Positions 10,029 through 21,088 of a DNA stretch of 64,000 nucleotides are shown here, piece after piece. The number at the start of each line of letters is the position of its first letter. Within the stretch, counting starts at the first letter, position 1. The DNA is from Nibricoccus sp. (GTDB lineage: Bacteria > Verrucomicrobiota > Verrucomicrobiia > Opitutales > Opitutaceae), in NCBI GenBank assembly GCA_047602425.1, contig JASGHG010000001.1, forward strand, positions 672,001 through 736,000. Reading direction: 5' to 3'. Under the pieces are notes generated by a model that ran no database searches, was not told the DNA's origin, and was given only the letters and a program-made list of their open reading frames with translations. Both the position numbers and the translations under genes were made by a program.

Positions 10029-11378
10029 ATGACTCCCCTACGCTGTTTCCTATTATCTTTTCTGTTTTTCCTCCCTACCGACACACTCCCGCTTCACGGC
10101 GAAGGTTCGACCTGTTCTTTTGCCGACGTTGTGAAACAAGGTTGGGGCGACTCCAGGAATAGCGGAGTAGTCGGCGCCGAAATCGATGGAACCAAAATCT
10201 CCTTCTTTGCCGCAGGAAATGTCGGCGTCGATGCGCCGCCCGAAGAGGTCATTTTCGAAATCGGCTCAATCACCAAGGTGTTCACCGGACTGTTGCTCGG
10301 TCAGGCGGTGGTGGATGGAATGGTTCGTCTCGACGATCCGGTCTCAAAGTTTTTGCCCGCCACCGTAAAGTTACATCCGTCAGTCGCGGCGGTCACACTC
10401 GAACAGCTCGCTACGCACACCTCGGGCTTGGTCAACAATCCGGACAATCTCACCAATGCCGATCCTCTGAATCCGTTCGCCGACTACACCGTTTCGCAAT
10501 TCTACGAATTTCTCGTACAGCAACAGCTCGAAGGTCCGGCACCCCACCCCTACTCCTATTCCAATGCGGGTGTCGGGCTGCTTGGTCATATTCTGGAACT
10601 GTCGTACCACAAAACCTTCGCCGAACTCGTCGCCCAAAAAATTGCCCAGCCGCTTGGCATGAATGATACGGTTGTGACGTTGAGCGACAGCCAAACAAAA
10701 CGCTTCGCAGCGCCCCACGACAAAGAAAAACCGGCCAAGGCTTGGCTCTTGCCTACGCTGGCCGGGGCCGGAGCGCTTAGGTCGACTGCGGCCGATATGG
10801 CAAAGCTCATTCAAACTTTGGCCTCCGAGAACAACCCGCTGAAAGCCGCTTGGGATGTGGCACGCGAACCTAGAATCAAAGTTCACTCCAACCAAACCGG
10901 TCTTGGCATCGCGATGGTGCAGAGATCCGGAACATATTGGTATTTCCACGCCGGAGGCACGGGGGGCTTCCGCAGCATGATCGAATTCTCTCCCGAGGCA
11001 AAACGCGGCTTCGTGCTTCTCGCCAATAATACCCAGCCCGAGCTGCAAGGACTCATTGAACGACTGCATGTCGACCCTCTCGACCCAAACCGCCCCGAGC
11101 AACCAATCGAGCCGAAAAAACTCAAGGAATATGCCGGTATTTACCGGGTCGGCGAAGAGATAGAACTGGTCGCCGCGATAGGCCGGGAAAAACGTCTCCT
11201 GGTTTGTTTCACCGGACAAGACTACGGTCCGCCTTTGTCCTATGCTGGCAACGATCGATTTTTTTCCAGGAAAGTCGCCGCTGAGTTTGAATTCAGCCGG
11301 GACGCCCATGGAAAAATCGAAACCATGACACTGATTCAAAACGGCCGCCGGCTCACGGCGCAAAGAATCGAAGAATAA
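10029..11378 (+). CDS. Secreted serine hydrolase, beta-lactamase class C/D-Ala-D-Ala carboxypeptidase family, with DUF3471-like C-terminal domain
   Basis: SxxK (FEIGSITK), LATHTSG, YSN (YSYSN), HAGGTGGF; hydrophobic N-terminus. ATG 10029 preferred over TTG 10014. Confidence 0.88.
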   Translation: MTPLRCFLLSFLFFLPTDTLPLHGEGSTCSFADVVKQGWGDSRNSGVVGAEIDGTKISFFAAGNVGVDAPPEEVIFEIGSITKVFTGLLLGQAVVDGMVRLDDPVSKFLPATVKLHPSVAAVTLEQLATHTSGLVNNPDNLTNADPLNPFADYTVSQFYEFLVQQQLEGPAPHPYSYSNAGVGLLGHILELSYHKTFAELVAQKIAQPLGMNDTVVTLSDSQTKRFAAPHDKEKPAKAWLLPTLAGAGALRSTAADMAKLIQTLASENNPLKAAWDVAREPRIKVHSNQTGLGIAMVQRSGTYWYFHAGGTGGFRSMIEFSPEAKRGFVLLANNTQPELQGLIERLHVDPLDPNRPEQPIEPKKLKEYAGIYRVGEEIELVAAIGREKRLLVCFTGQDYGPPLSYAGNDRFFSRKVAAEFEFSRDAHGKIETMTLIQNGRRLTAQRIEE

Positions 11379-11518
11379 TAATCTGCTCAGTTTTTGAAAT
11401 ATGCGGAGCCCTCACCACTCCCGGGAAGCGCACTCGTCAAAAAGGCTCTGATCACGCTGTTACTTGTCGGGTGAATAATCTTGTGCAGTCTGTATACCTA
11501 ACAAGCCCAGCCATCACG

Positions 11519-12148
11519 ATGAACTCCGAGTCTGAAATGCAATTGATCGCGTTCGCCTCAGTCGAAAAATGGGAGCAATGGCTCGCGGCAAACCATAAGC
11601 TTAGCGATGGCATCTGGATTAAGTTTGCCAAAAAGGCCTCGGGCATTCCGTCCATCACTTATGCCGAGGCGCTCGAAGTGGCACTGTGCCATGGCTGGAT
11701 CGACGGGCAGCTCAAATCGATCGACGCCGTTTTCTTTAGACAACGCTTCACTCCCCGCCGGCCGCGCAGTCTCTGGTCGAAGCGCAACATCGAAAAAGTA
11801 GCTGCGTTGATTGCCGCCGGCCGGATGAAACCCGCCGGACAGGAACAAATTGATGCCGCCAAAAGCGATGGCCGTTGGGCTGCCGCGTATGATTCGCCGT
11901 CGACCATGCAAGTGCCTTCCGATTTTCAAACCGCCCTCGACGCGAATCCCAAGGCCCGCGCCTTTTTCGCCAGCCTCAAACGCAGCAACGTCTACGCCTT
12001 TCTCTACCGGCTCCAAACCTTGAAGCGCCCGGAAACCCGCGCCGCCCGAATCAAGGAATACATTCGTCTGCTCAAGGCCGGAAAAGTACTGCACCTCTTC
12101 GCGCCGAAGAAAGAGCCCGCGGTCAAACCGCAGAAAAAACGAGCGTGA
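11519..12148 (+). CDS. YdeI/OmpD-associated (bacteriocin-protection) family protein
   Basis: ALCHGWIDG, FTPRRPRSLWSKRN, GRMKPAG, DGRWAAAY, KRPETRAARI. Start at ATG 11519 or 11537 (track starts 11471). Confidence 0.88.
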   Translation: MNSESEMQLIAFASVEKWEQWLAANHKLSDGIWIKFAKKASGIPSITYAEALEVALCHGWIDGQLKSIDAVFFRQRFTPRRPRSLWSKRNIEKVAALIAAGRMKPAGQEQIDAAKSDGRWAAAYDSPSTMQVPSDFQTALDANPKARAFFASLKRSNVYAFLYRLQTLKRPETRAARIKEYIRLLKAGKVLHLFAPKKEPAVKPQKKRA

Positions 12149-12224
12149 TTTCGGGAGATGTTTGCTCGATATAGGCACGCGGTCTTGTTGCGCCCTGGGT
12201 GGAAAGCTAACGTGCGCGGAGCGC

Positions 12225-13463
12225 TCACGGGCCACGCAATAGCACTTTCCCGGTCGGCGAAGCCGGAACGGCCCCTTTGGGTTCGCGGGTGATGAGGATT
12301 TCCGCGGGAGCCTGACTCGTGGAAGGCAAGGTGTAGGACACGCTGCCCGATCCGCCATAATACTGGGACGGAATCGTGCCAACATTCTGATACGAACCCG
12401 AATCCGGTTGCTTGACCCAAAGTTGAAGCGTCTGGTCCGCTGGCGTCGCCGGCAGGTTGTAGAGATTGAGATATCCGCGCTGCGCAGTTTCGTCGTACAC
12501 CGACCAAGCATAAGGTTCCGGCGTGGTGGTTGTGGGTGGCACCGTGGGCGTCTGAGCTGATGGCTGTGGTGGCGACGGCGCTGGTGTTGGTGACGGTGGC
12601 GTCAAAATAGTGGCGCCAGGCCCTGTAGATGGCGGCGGTGTGATGGAGGGAACAGGCGGTGTGGTATCGGTTGGAGGCGTGGTGTCGGTCGGCGGAATGG
12701 TCTGAGTGGGTGTTGGAATGGCCGGACTGATGGCGACGATGCCCGGCTCCGTCAGTATGCCACGCGCTAGGTCCACGAGACCTTTGTGTTCGCCGCGCTC
12801 ATAACTTTGAGAATCCACCAACTCGATTGCGGTCAGACGCCCGCCGTCGGCACCGATGAGCGAGAGCTGACGTTGCATGATGGCATATTTTGCCCGCAAT
12901 TCTTCATGGGCACGTTCAAGTGCGGCATGCTCGCTGCGGAGCCGCTCGATCTGCTTTGCCTCTTCTAAAATTTTTTCGCGAACTGCTGCGTTTTCCGAGG
13001 AGACGATTTTTTCGGCAGTCGTAGGAATCTTGGCCGTTTCACCCTGAGACTTGTTTTCCGGATTCACCGCCACCGTTGCGTTGTTCCTCGTGCTCGGTTC
13101 TTTCGAGGCTTCCCTGGTAGACGGGCTGGAAATCGGCAGCAAGCGAGCAATCAAAAATCCAAACGCCACCGCCGCCGCAAGCGGCAGTAGGAATCTCCAT
13201 GATTTCCAGCGTGAGCGTGCGCGGCGAGGTTCCTGTGCGATTTCGGTCAACACATCGGAAAGTATCGAGCGCTGGATTGGCGGTGGCAGGGCCTCAGCGG
13301 GCGCTGTTTCACAGGCAAAACGCGCAACGGCGTCGGAACACAGTTTGAGTTCGTTCTGAGCCGCGGGATCCTGGGCGAGCCTTTCCTCAAAAGCCGCGCG
13401 CGCCTCGGCGTCGAGTTCGCCGAGAAGATAGCGCAGGGCATCTGTTTTAAATTCGTCAGTCAT
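12225..13463 (-). CDS. Membrane anti-sigma factor (RskA-like) with coiled coil and Pro/Thr-rich insert
   Basis: N-terminal YLLGELDAEARAAFEERL, single TM (FLLPLAAAVAFGFLIA), C-terminal LP...DQTLQLW..ILITREPKG..SPTGKVLL. ATG 13463 overlaps the sigma stop. Confidence 0.8.
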   Translation of the reverse strand: MTDEFKTDALRYLLGELDAEARAAFEERLAQDPAAQNELKLCSDAVARFACETAPAEALPPPIQRSILSDVLTEIAQEPRRARSRWKSWRFLLPLAAAVAFGFLIARLLPISSPSTREASKEPSTRNNATVAVNPENKSQGETAKIPTTAEKIVSSENAAVREKILEEAKQIERLRSEHAALERAHEELRAKYAIMQRQLSLIGADGGRLTAIELVDSQSYERGEHKGLVDLARGILTEPGIVAISPAIPTPTQTIPPTDTTPPTDTTPPVPSITPPPSTGPGATILTPPSPTPAPSPPQPSAQTPTVPPTTTTPEPYAWSVYDETAQRGYLNLYNLPATPADQTLQLWVKQPDSGSYQNVGTIPSQYYGGSGSVSYTLPSTSQAPAEILITREPKGAVPASPTGKVLLRGP

Positions 13464-14052
13464 GGCTCGTGACAATCTGTCGGAGTTTGGCGAGTCCGCG
13501 GCGCAGGTGATTTTTCACATTACCCACGGGAGTCTGCATGGCGGAAGCGATCTCCGCCTGCGAACAGCCGGCAAAGAACGCGAGTTCGAGTGCGCGCCGT
13601 TGGGCTGGTGACAATTGGGCAAGGTCGTTGGCGAGGCTGTCCTGCATCTCGATTTCGACTGCGGGCGATTTGCCGGTTTCTTCCGGTTGTTTTTGCAGCA
13701 CTTCGTAAACGAGCCGCCGGCGGGCTCCCTGGCGCACCCGGTCGATCGCCACGTGTCGCGCCATGAAGACGAGCCAGGAAACCACCTCGCCTTTCTCAGG
13801 ACGGTAGGAACCCGCCTGTCGCCAGAGTTTGACGAATGTATCCTGCACTGCTTCACGCGCATCCTCGGGGTCTTCCAGCACACGACGCACCACACCGTGA
13901 ACGATTCCTCCAAACTCGAGGTAAAGCAGTTGCATCGCCTCGGTGTCGCCCGCAACAAGACGGGCGACGAGCCGGCGGTGACTGGCCTGAGCTTCTGCAT
14001 CAAAAGGAACCACGGCGCTGGAAAGGAAACAATTCCGAGGCGGCAAACTCAA
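13456..14052 (-). CDS. ECF RNA polymerase sigma-70 factor (SigK-like)
   Basis: Region 2 DAREAVQDTFVKLW...SWLVFMARHVAIDRVR; region 4 LSPAQRRALELAFFAG.SQAEIA...PVGNVKNHLRRGL. Exact start uncertain. Confidence 0.92.
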   Translation of the reverse strand: MSLPPRNCFLSSAVVPFDAEAQASHRRLVARLVAGDTEAMQLLYLEFGGIVHGVVRRVLEDPEDAREAVQDTFVKLWRQAGSYRPEKGEVVSWLVFMARHVAIDRVRQGARRRLVYEVLQKQPEETGKSPAVEIEMQDSLANDLAQLSPAQRRALELAFFAGCSQAEIASAMQTPVGNVKNHLRRGLAKLRQIVTSHD

Positions 14053-14072
14053 GATTTGCCGCCAGGCAGTAG

Positions 14073-14771
14073 TTAAAGGTTCCAGCGCAAAGTCGCAAAC
14101 ACCTCGTGCGCATCGCGGGCGAAGCTCGGGTTGAAGTTCACGTACTTGTAGCGCACCGAAAGCTGCAGTTTTTCCGTCAGCCCAAGCACCAGGCCGGCGG
14201 TGACGCCTGCGCTCACTTTGTCGTCAGTTTCTGAATACATCAGGTGCTGCGTTGGAGACAGCGATACAAAACGTTCGTGCACCTGCCGGCGCAATCTCAC
14301 CCAGTTGACCTCCGGACTCAGCATGACGCTCAGTTTGCCCACCAGAGGGAGAATTGCTTCAGGACCGACACTAACCACATGGAGATTATCCTCGATCGTC
14401 GTGTAGAATGAAGGCGGAGCCACCAGCAGGATATCGACTGGCATGCCGCCGACATACTGCGCTTCCCAGGCGGTTTGCGCCGTGAGATTGCGCACCGATT
14501 GATAAGACACGTGAATGCCGAACCGTTCATCAAATCTATAGCCCGCCGATAACACCGGAAAATTTTTGGTTTTCTGCTCGCTGGTCAATTTACCCGACCA
14601 GCGGTAAATCGCGGGAAAGGCGAACTGGGCAAAAAGTCGCGGCATGGCCGCGGTGGCGTCGGAATTGCTGAACGAAGCGTGTCCACCGCCGGCCTCGACG
14701 TAAAAACCCGGACTAGCCGAAACAGGTCCCATAACCAGCAGCGCAACCAAAAGACAAAGCAGCGTTTTCAT
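14073..14771 (-). CDS. Small outer-membrane beta-barrel protein (OmpA-like/porin family)
   Basis: Signal peptide, GFYVEAGGGHASF first strand, AGYRF, alternating strands, C-terminal ATLRWNL. Confidence 0.7.
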   Translation of the reverse strand: MKTLLCLLVALLVMGPVSASPGFYVEAGGGHASFSNSDATAAMPRLFAQFAFPAIYRWSGKLTSEQKTKNFPVLSAGYRFDERFGIHVSYQSVRNLTAQTAWEAQYVGGMPVDILLVAPPSFYTTIEDNLHVVSVGPEAILPLVGKLSVMLSPEVNWVRLRRQVHERFVSLSPTQHLMYSETDDKVSAGVTAGLVLGLTEKLQLSVRYKYVNFNPSFARDAHEVFATLRWNL

Positions 14772-15103
14772 GATACAAAGAGAAGGAAAAGGAGGAATTT
14801 ATGGATTGTTTGAGACAGAGTTGATTGACGCGTCTCCTTTAATACGGTCGCGGACTCGCAAAAGAATCACCCGCCACAAAAATTTCCGACCCGTCGCTAG
14901 TCTCCATTCCGGAGTATCTTCCGCATCCGCCGTGCGGCCAAGACCGAGCCAAATGAGCATTCGGACCAAAATCGCGCGGTGTTGCGGGAAAAACCAGGAT
15001 TGCGGTGTTATGCTTTATAACGACGTCAGCGGCCTGCCTCTTGACGTTCTGATATGCCCAACCGGTTGCGGCTGACGTCGTCTTTCGGAAAACCACGAAA
15101 GCG

Positions 15104-16204
15104 ATGTCATTTGCCCGTTTCCTCGTCGCATGGCGAATCTTTTCCCGCACGTTGCTCGCGGGAGTATGGCTCTTGTCACTGGTTGTGACACCTGCGCGCG
15201 GAACAACTTCAGAGCCCACGGCCGAAACCGTCGACACGGTCGCAGCTTATCGCCTGCCTGACGACCCGAACGACCTCCTTCGGATCGACAATGAAATGAA
15301 GGCCTTTTTCGAGGCGAGGATTCAGCGGAGCGCATCGGTCGACGCCAAACTTGACGATATAATCGACGCCATTTTCGGCGAAAAAGGCCTGCATTTCCGC
15401 TATGAGTCCGACGGTGTGTATAGCGTGGGCGAGGCCTTTCGCCGCCGCAGAGGCAACTGCCTAACCTTTTCGTTCCTCGTGGTCGCGGTGGCTCGGGAAT
15501 TCGGGATTCCCGCAAAGTTCAACGAAGTCACCGTCGAGCCGCGCTGGATGCGTACCGGCAAAATCGTGATCGCAAGTCGCCACATCAACGTGATCGTCGA
15601 AATAAAAAACACCTCGTATGAACTCGACGTAAAGCTGGACGACGAATTGCCGGTGTCACGTCGTTCGGCTTGTCCAGTGACCGATATCAGGGCGTTCGCC
15701 GGTGCCTACAACGGCGTGGGAGTGCAGCAACTCGCCTTGGGCAACTGCGACGACGGGCTGAAGCTAATCGAAAAAGCAACATTCGTCGATCCAACCTATG
15801 TCGCTGGCTGGACGAATCTGGGTAACGCCCTGGTTTTTGTGGACCGACACGAGCGTGCGCAGCAATGTTTCCAGCGAGCTTTGACCATCGAACCAAAGTC
15901 CCTCGCAGCGCTGAGCGGGCTGGCCTCCGTCTGTCGAAAAACAGGACGCATCTCCGAAGCGAAGAAATTGGAGCGCATGGTGATCCGCTACCGCGAGCGC
16001 AATCCCTACTATTTGCTCAGTCTCGCACGCGACGAACTGGCGAAAGGCAAATTCGACACCGCCCGCAGTTACCTCAAACGCGCCCTCAACCTCAAGGACA
16101 ACGAAGTCGAGTTCTACCAACTCATGGCCGAAGTCGCACGAGGACAGGGACACGAAAAAGAAGCGAAGCGATGGCTGGAGAAATCGAAGAAGGTCAATTC
16201 GTAG
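15104..16204 (+). CDS. Exported transglutaminase-like domain + tetratricopeptide-repeat protein
   Basis: Signal peptide; RRGNCLTFS (Cys), HINV (His), ELD (Asp); C-terminal TPRs (AGWTNLGNAL, FQRALTIEP, YLKRALNL). Confidence 0.75.
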   Translation: MSFARFLVAWRIFSRTLLAGVWLLSLVVTPARGTTSEPTAETVDTVAAYRLPDDPNDLLRIDNEMKAFFEARIQRSASVDAKLDDIIDAIFGEKGLHFRYESDGVYSVGEAFRRRRGNCLTFSFLVVAVAREFGIPAKFNEVTVEPRWMRTGKIVIASRHINVIVEIKNTSYELDVKLDDELPVSRRSACPVTDIRAFAGAYNGVGVQQLALGNCDDGLKLIEKATFVDPTYVAGWTNLGNALVFVDRHERAQQCFQRALTIEPKSLAALSGLASVCRKTGRISEAKKLERMVIRYRERNPYYLLSLARDELAKGKFDTARSYLKRALNLKDNEVEFYQLMAEVARGQGHEKEAKRWLEKSKKVNS

Positions 16205-16500
16205 CGTGCAAAGGCGTCAGGCACCCACAAAGAAGACCGAACGAACAGCCAGAAAGAAAGATTTGTTTAAAAACCACTCGCAATCGGTAGTCGATTTGCA
16301 CGAACACCTGCCATTTTTGAGTAAAAAAGAACGAAGATTGGCGTGACCATCACCATCGGAAAGAAAGGTAATTTGCATCTAGAAAACTGTATCGCGGTTG
16401 AGGAAGAAATTCTCTGAAGGGCTATCTTGAACATACTTTTCAGAGCCACCTTTTCGAAGCGCCGAGACAGGAAGCGCAAATAAACATACCCTATCATAAT

Positions 16501-16878
16501 CTGAGTATATCCGAACCTCTGTATCTGGCGCCTGAAACACTCTACCGAATCGGTAACGCCACGTCCCCGCTCCTGACAAAACTGCGCCCCCATGAAATCG
16601 ACATCACGCCGATTAATGGCGTCCCCACCATCATCGCCAATGGCAAGGGCGTGAGCCTCTACAATAAAAAAGGCCTCGATCTCGCTCCACTGAGTGGCTG
16701 GGTTTGGGAAATCAGGGCAACAACCGCTTTCCCCTTGGGGCTAAAACTCACTCGCGATGACAGTCCTGAAGGGCACTATACCCTTTGCCCCACCCAGAAT
16801 ATTTCCGTGCATGAATTCGTCGCCCTGCTGGAAAAGGTGGTCATTCACTGCCAGAAGGTGTTTAAGAAAACCGCCTGA
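16501..16878 (+). CDS. Tse2-like ADP-ribosyltransferase-fold toxin; start codon non-canonical or lost
   Basis: The frame of track ORF 16651-16878 stays open back to 16402 and reads LSISEPLYLAPETLYRIGNATSP..GKGVSLYN..WEIRATTAFPLGLKLTRDD..GHYTLCP. This matches the Tse2 pattern LYR / GxS / IP.GT..P..L...D / HYT..P. Confidence 0.7.
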   Translation: MSISEPLYLAPETLYRIGNATSPLLTKLRPHEIDITPINGVPTIIANGKGVSLYNKKGLDLAPLSGWVWEIRATTAFPLGLKLTRDDSPEGHYTLCPTQNISVHEFVALLEKVVIHCQKVFKKTA

Positions 16879-16883
16879 TCACC

Positions 16884-17141
16884 ATGAAGCACGTACAACT
16901 GAAACTGGACGAAAAGACCTTCAACCTCCTTTGGCGGTCACTGCACGATCGGGAAACCGTCTTGCTCGAAGCGATCGCAAACGAACCTAAGGATTCCGAT
17001 GAAGCCGCGTTGGTGAGCAACGACCTAGTCTATCTTCGCCTGTATAAAGCCGAACTAGAAAAAACCGGCCAGCAGGCAAAATTTCCAAGTAGTGCATTTT
17101 CGTTGGACGACGGCACGATAGACCTGAAGTCGTTCACATAA
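16884..17141 (+). CDS. Small helical protein, putative cognate immunity/antitoxin
   Basis: 85 aa, ATG 5 nt after the toxin stop; two amphipathic helices joined by an acidic turn (NEPKDSDE), the layout known for Tsi2. Confidence 0.6.
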   Translation: MKHVQLKLDEKTFNLLWRSLHDRETVLLEAIANEPKDSDEAALVSNDLVYLRLYKAELEKTGQQAKFPSSAFSLDDGTIDLKSFT

Positions 17142-17171
17142 CAAAGCCCGCACGGATCGTGCGGGCTTTGT
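17141..17171. terminator. Probable bidirectional terminator between the immunity gene and aspS
   Basis: Perfect 14-bp inverted repeat ACAAAGCCCGCACG-GAT-CGTGCGGGCTTTGT between convergent genes. Confidence 0.8.
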
Positions 17172-17217
17172 GAGAGTCGAACTAACGCGTTGAGGTCTGT
17201 TCCACCTTTGGAGTGGC

Positions 17218-19035
<1,818 letters not shown>

Positions 19036-19175
19036 CGGAAAAGAGGGTCAGAAAAAGGCACGGGAGGCCGGGGGCGCAAGCCTCTTATGGGGAAGATAAG
19101 TCCCGCGGGACCGTCAGGCGGGGAAACACCATCGACAGCGGGGCGGTTTTTCTTCTATTTTTCCCGTCCAGCTCA

Positions 19176-20942
19176 ATGACTCCGACCCTCGAAACCTGGC
19201 CTGCCATCACTTGGTTGTGGCTCGTGGAAGGCATAGCCTTTTATGCACTTCTGCAATGGAGTTGGGCGCGCAATGTTCCCGGGGCACAGGCCTTTCGCGG
19301 GCTGGCGTTTGGATCGATGCTGTACGTGGCGGCGGAGGCGTTTTGTCTGGTGTTTGCCGAAGGCACGGCGCGATTTGCGCTGAGTTGCGTTTCCTTTTTT
19401 GGCGTCGGCTTGATCATGCCCAATTTGACGACGCTGTTCGCTGACTTCACCGGAAAAAACGAATGGCTCACAAAACGAACCCGAGTCGTCCTGTACGCTA
19501 CAGGCCTGACGCTCGGCCTCGCCCGCTGCACCGATCCGTACTGGGGGCTGATCTATAAGACTGAAACGATCGTGCACGAGCACGGCATGTATTTGAGCCG
19601 CTATACACAGGGGATTCTGCATTACTTTCTGATGGCGGGCATCGTGGCGGCCATGCTGCTCGGCCTGGTGAATATCGCGCTGGCCTGGCGCGAGGCCAAT
19701 CGCCTGATGAAACGGCAACTCGTGGCCCTCGCGGCCTCTTGCCTCTTTCCCGTGGTTGCGGCAGTGCTGTTCAACGCCGGCGTACAGCCCCTGGGCACGC
19801 TCGATCTGACGCCGTTCGCGTTGATCGGCACGACGGTACTGACCACCTGGGCAATTTTTCATGACCGCCTCGTCGAAGTCGTGCCCATAGCCCGCAACTA
19901 TCTCGTCGATCATTTTCAGGAAGGCGTGCTCGTGGTCGATGAAACCGGCACGGTCGTCGATTCCAACCCGGCCCTGCGCCGCATGCTCGGCCTCAGCGAA
20001 AAAGGCACCTTGGGGCAGCCCGTGGGCGAAGTTGTCAAAAACTGGCCTGCCCTCGCGGAAATTTGCGCGAAGGCATTGCCCGGCCAGATCGAACTCCAGC
20101 CGGCGATCGGCGGGGAAATCTTCTGGGAGGCCACGTGGCAGCCGTTGACCACGCCCCGGGATAACAAGCGGCGCGGTTGGCTATTGGTCCTCATGGATGT
20201 TTCGGCACGCAAACGCACCGAAAGCCAGCTACACGATCTCGTGGCCGAGCGCACCAAGGAATGGCGCGACGCCACCCGGAATCTGCTGCGCGCGGCTGAC
20301 GAGGAAAAACGCAGGCTCGGCCAGAGCCTGCACACAACTTTCAGCCAGGAACTCGACCGCATTCTCAAGGACGCCGTGGCCCTGAGTGGCGCGTCGACGG
20401 ACACCATCGATCCCGCGAAGCAAGGGGAAAAGCTCAACCAGCTCGTCCGGCTTATTGCCGATACCAATCATCGTATCCAAGATTTTGCCAGTTTGCTTGA
20501 AGGCCCCGACCTCGCCCATCAAACCTTCAAGGAAGCCCTGGCAGCCGCCCTCGAACACCTGCAAGCCGCCCTTGGGGTTCGCTGCAAGCTGGAGATCGCG
20601 GCCGATTTCCCCCTGCCCAGCCGCGAGCGAGCCCGACACCTGATCGAAGCCGTGCGCGAGGCCGTAATCGGCAGCGCCCAACCGGGGGAAGCCCATCTCG
20701 TCGAGGTGATTCTCCAGAACCAGCCCGCGGGACAAACTGTTGTGATTCGCGATGACGGTCGTCCGCGTTCCGAAAAGGATTTGTCGGCAGACGGCCGCGG
20801 TGCCTCGCAACTCCGTCTGCGCACCACCCTGCTCAACGGGCGGCTCACGGTGCGCCCGGGAAAAACCAGCGGAACCACCATCGAGTTATTTGTCCCACCG
20901 CAACAAGGCTCGGATACCGCGCCGGGATTTTTCGCAACTTAA
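19176..20942 (+). CDS. 7TM (HisKA_7TM-like) + PAS + degenerate HisKA_3/HATPase sensor protein
   Basis: Seven hydrophobic segments ending DLTPFA..IF..RL.EVVPIAR; PAS GVLVVD..G.VVD.NPA; H-box-like EEKRRLGQSLHT; eroded ATP-binding boxes. Confidence 0.8.
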   Translation: MTPTLETWPAITWLWLVEGIAFYALLQWSWARNVPGAQAFRGLAFGSMLYVAAEAFCLVFAEGTARFALSCVSFFGVGLIMPNLTTLFADFTGKNEWLTKRTRVVLYATGLTLGLARCTDPYWGLIYKTETIVHEHGMYLSRYTQGILHYFLMAGIVAAMLLGLVNIALAWREANRLMKRQLVALAASCLFPVVAAVLFNAGVQPLGTLDLTPFALIGTTVLTTWAIFHDRLVEVVPIARNYLVDHFQEGVLVVDETGTVVDSNPALRRMLGLSEKGTLGQPVGEVVKNWPALAEICAKALPGQIELQPAIGGEIFWEATWQPLTTPRDNKRRGWLLVLMDVSARKRTESQLHDLVAERTKEWRDATRNLLRAADEEKRRLGQSLHTTFSQELDRILKDAVALSGASTDTIDPAKQGEKLNQLVRLIADTNHRIQDFASLLEGPDLAHQTFKEALAAALEHLQAALGVRCKLEIAADFPLPSRERARHLIEAVREAVIGSAQPGEAHLVEVILQNQPAGQTVVIRDDGRPRSEKDLSADGRGASQLRLRTTLLNGRLTVRPGKTSGTTIELFVPPQQGSDTAPGFFAT

Positions 20943-21088
20943 ACGAAACACGGACAATCGTCGGGTCGCAGACAAAAACTTCGCTATCGACGGCCCATTT
21001 CGTGCTTCCCGGTATGGACAAACTGTACCGGCACAGCCAACTTCCTGCGCTGTACCCCCACCCGCATCACGAACCGTCCATCGTATCC

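Noticed and set aside
10029..11378. Antibiotic-resistance beta-lactamase
   Set aside because: Motifs fit the broad serine-hydrolase family (HAG rather than KTG); no mobile context; substrate cannot be inferred.
16267..16593. Minus-strand 108-aa ORF
   Set aside because: Overlaps the motif-bearing toxin frame on the opposite strand and has no recognisable features.
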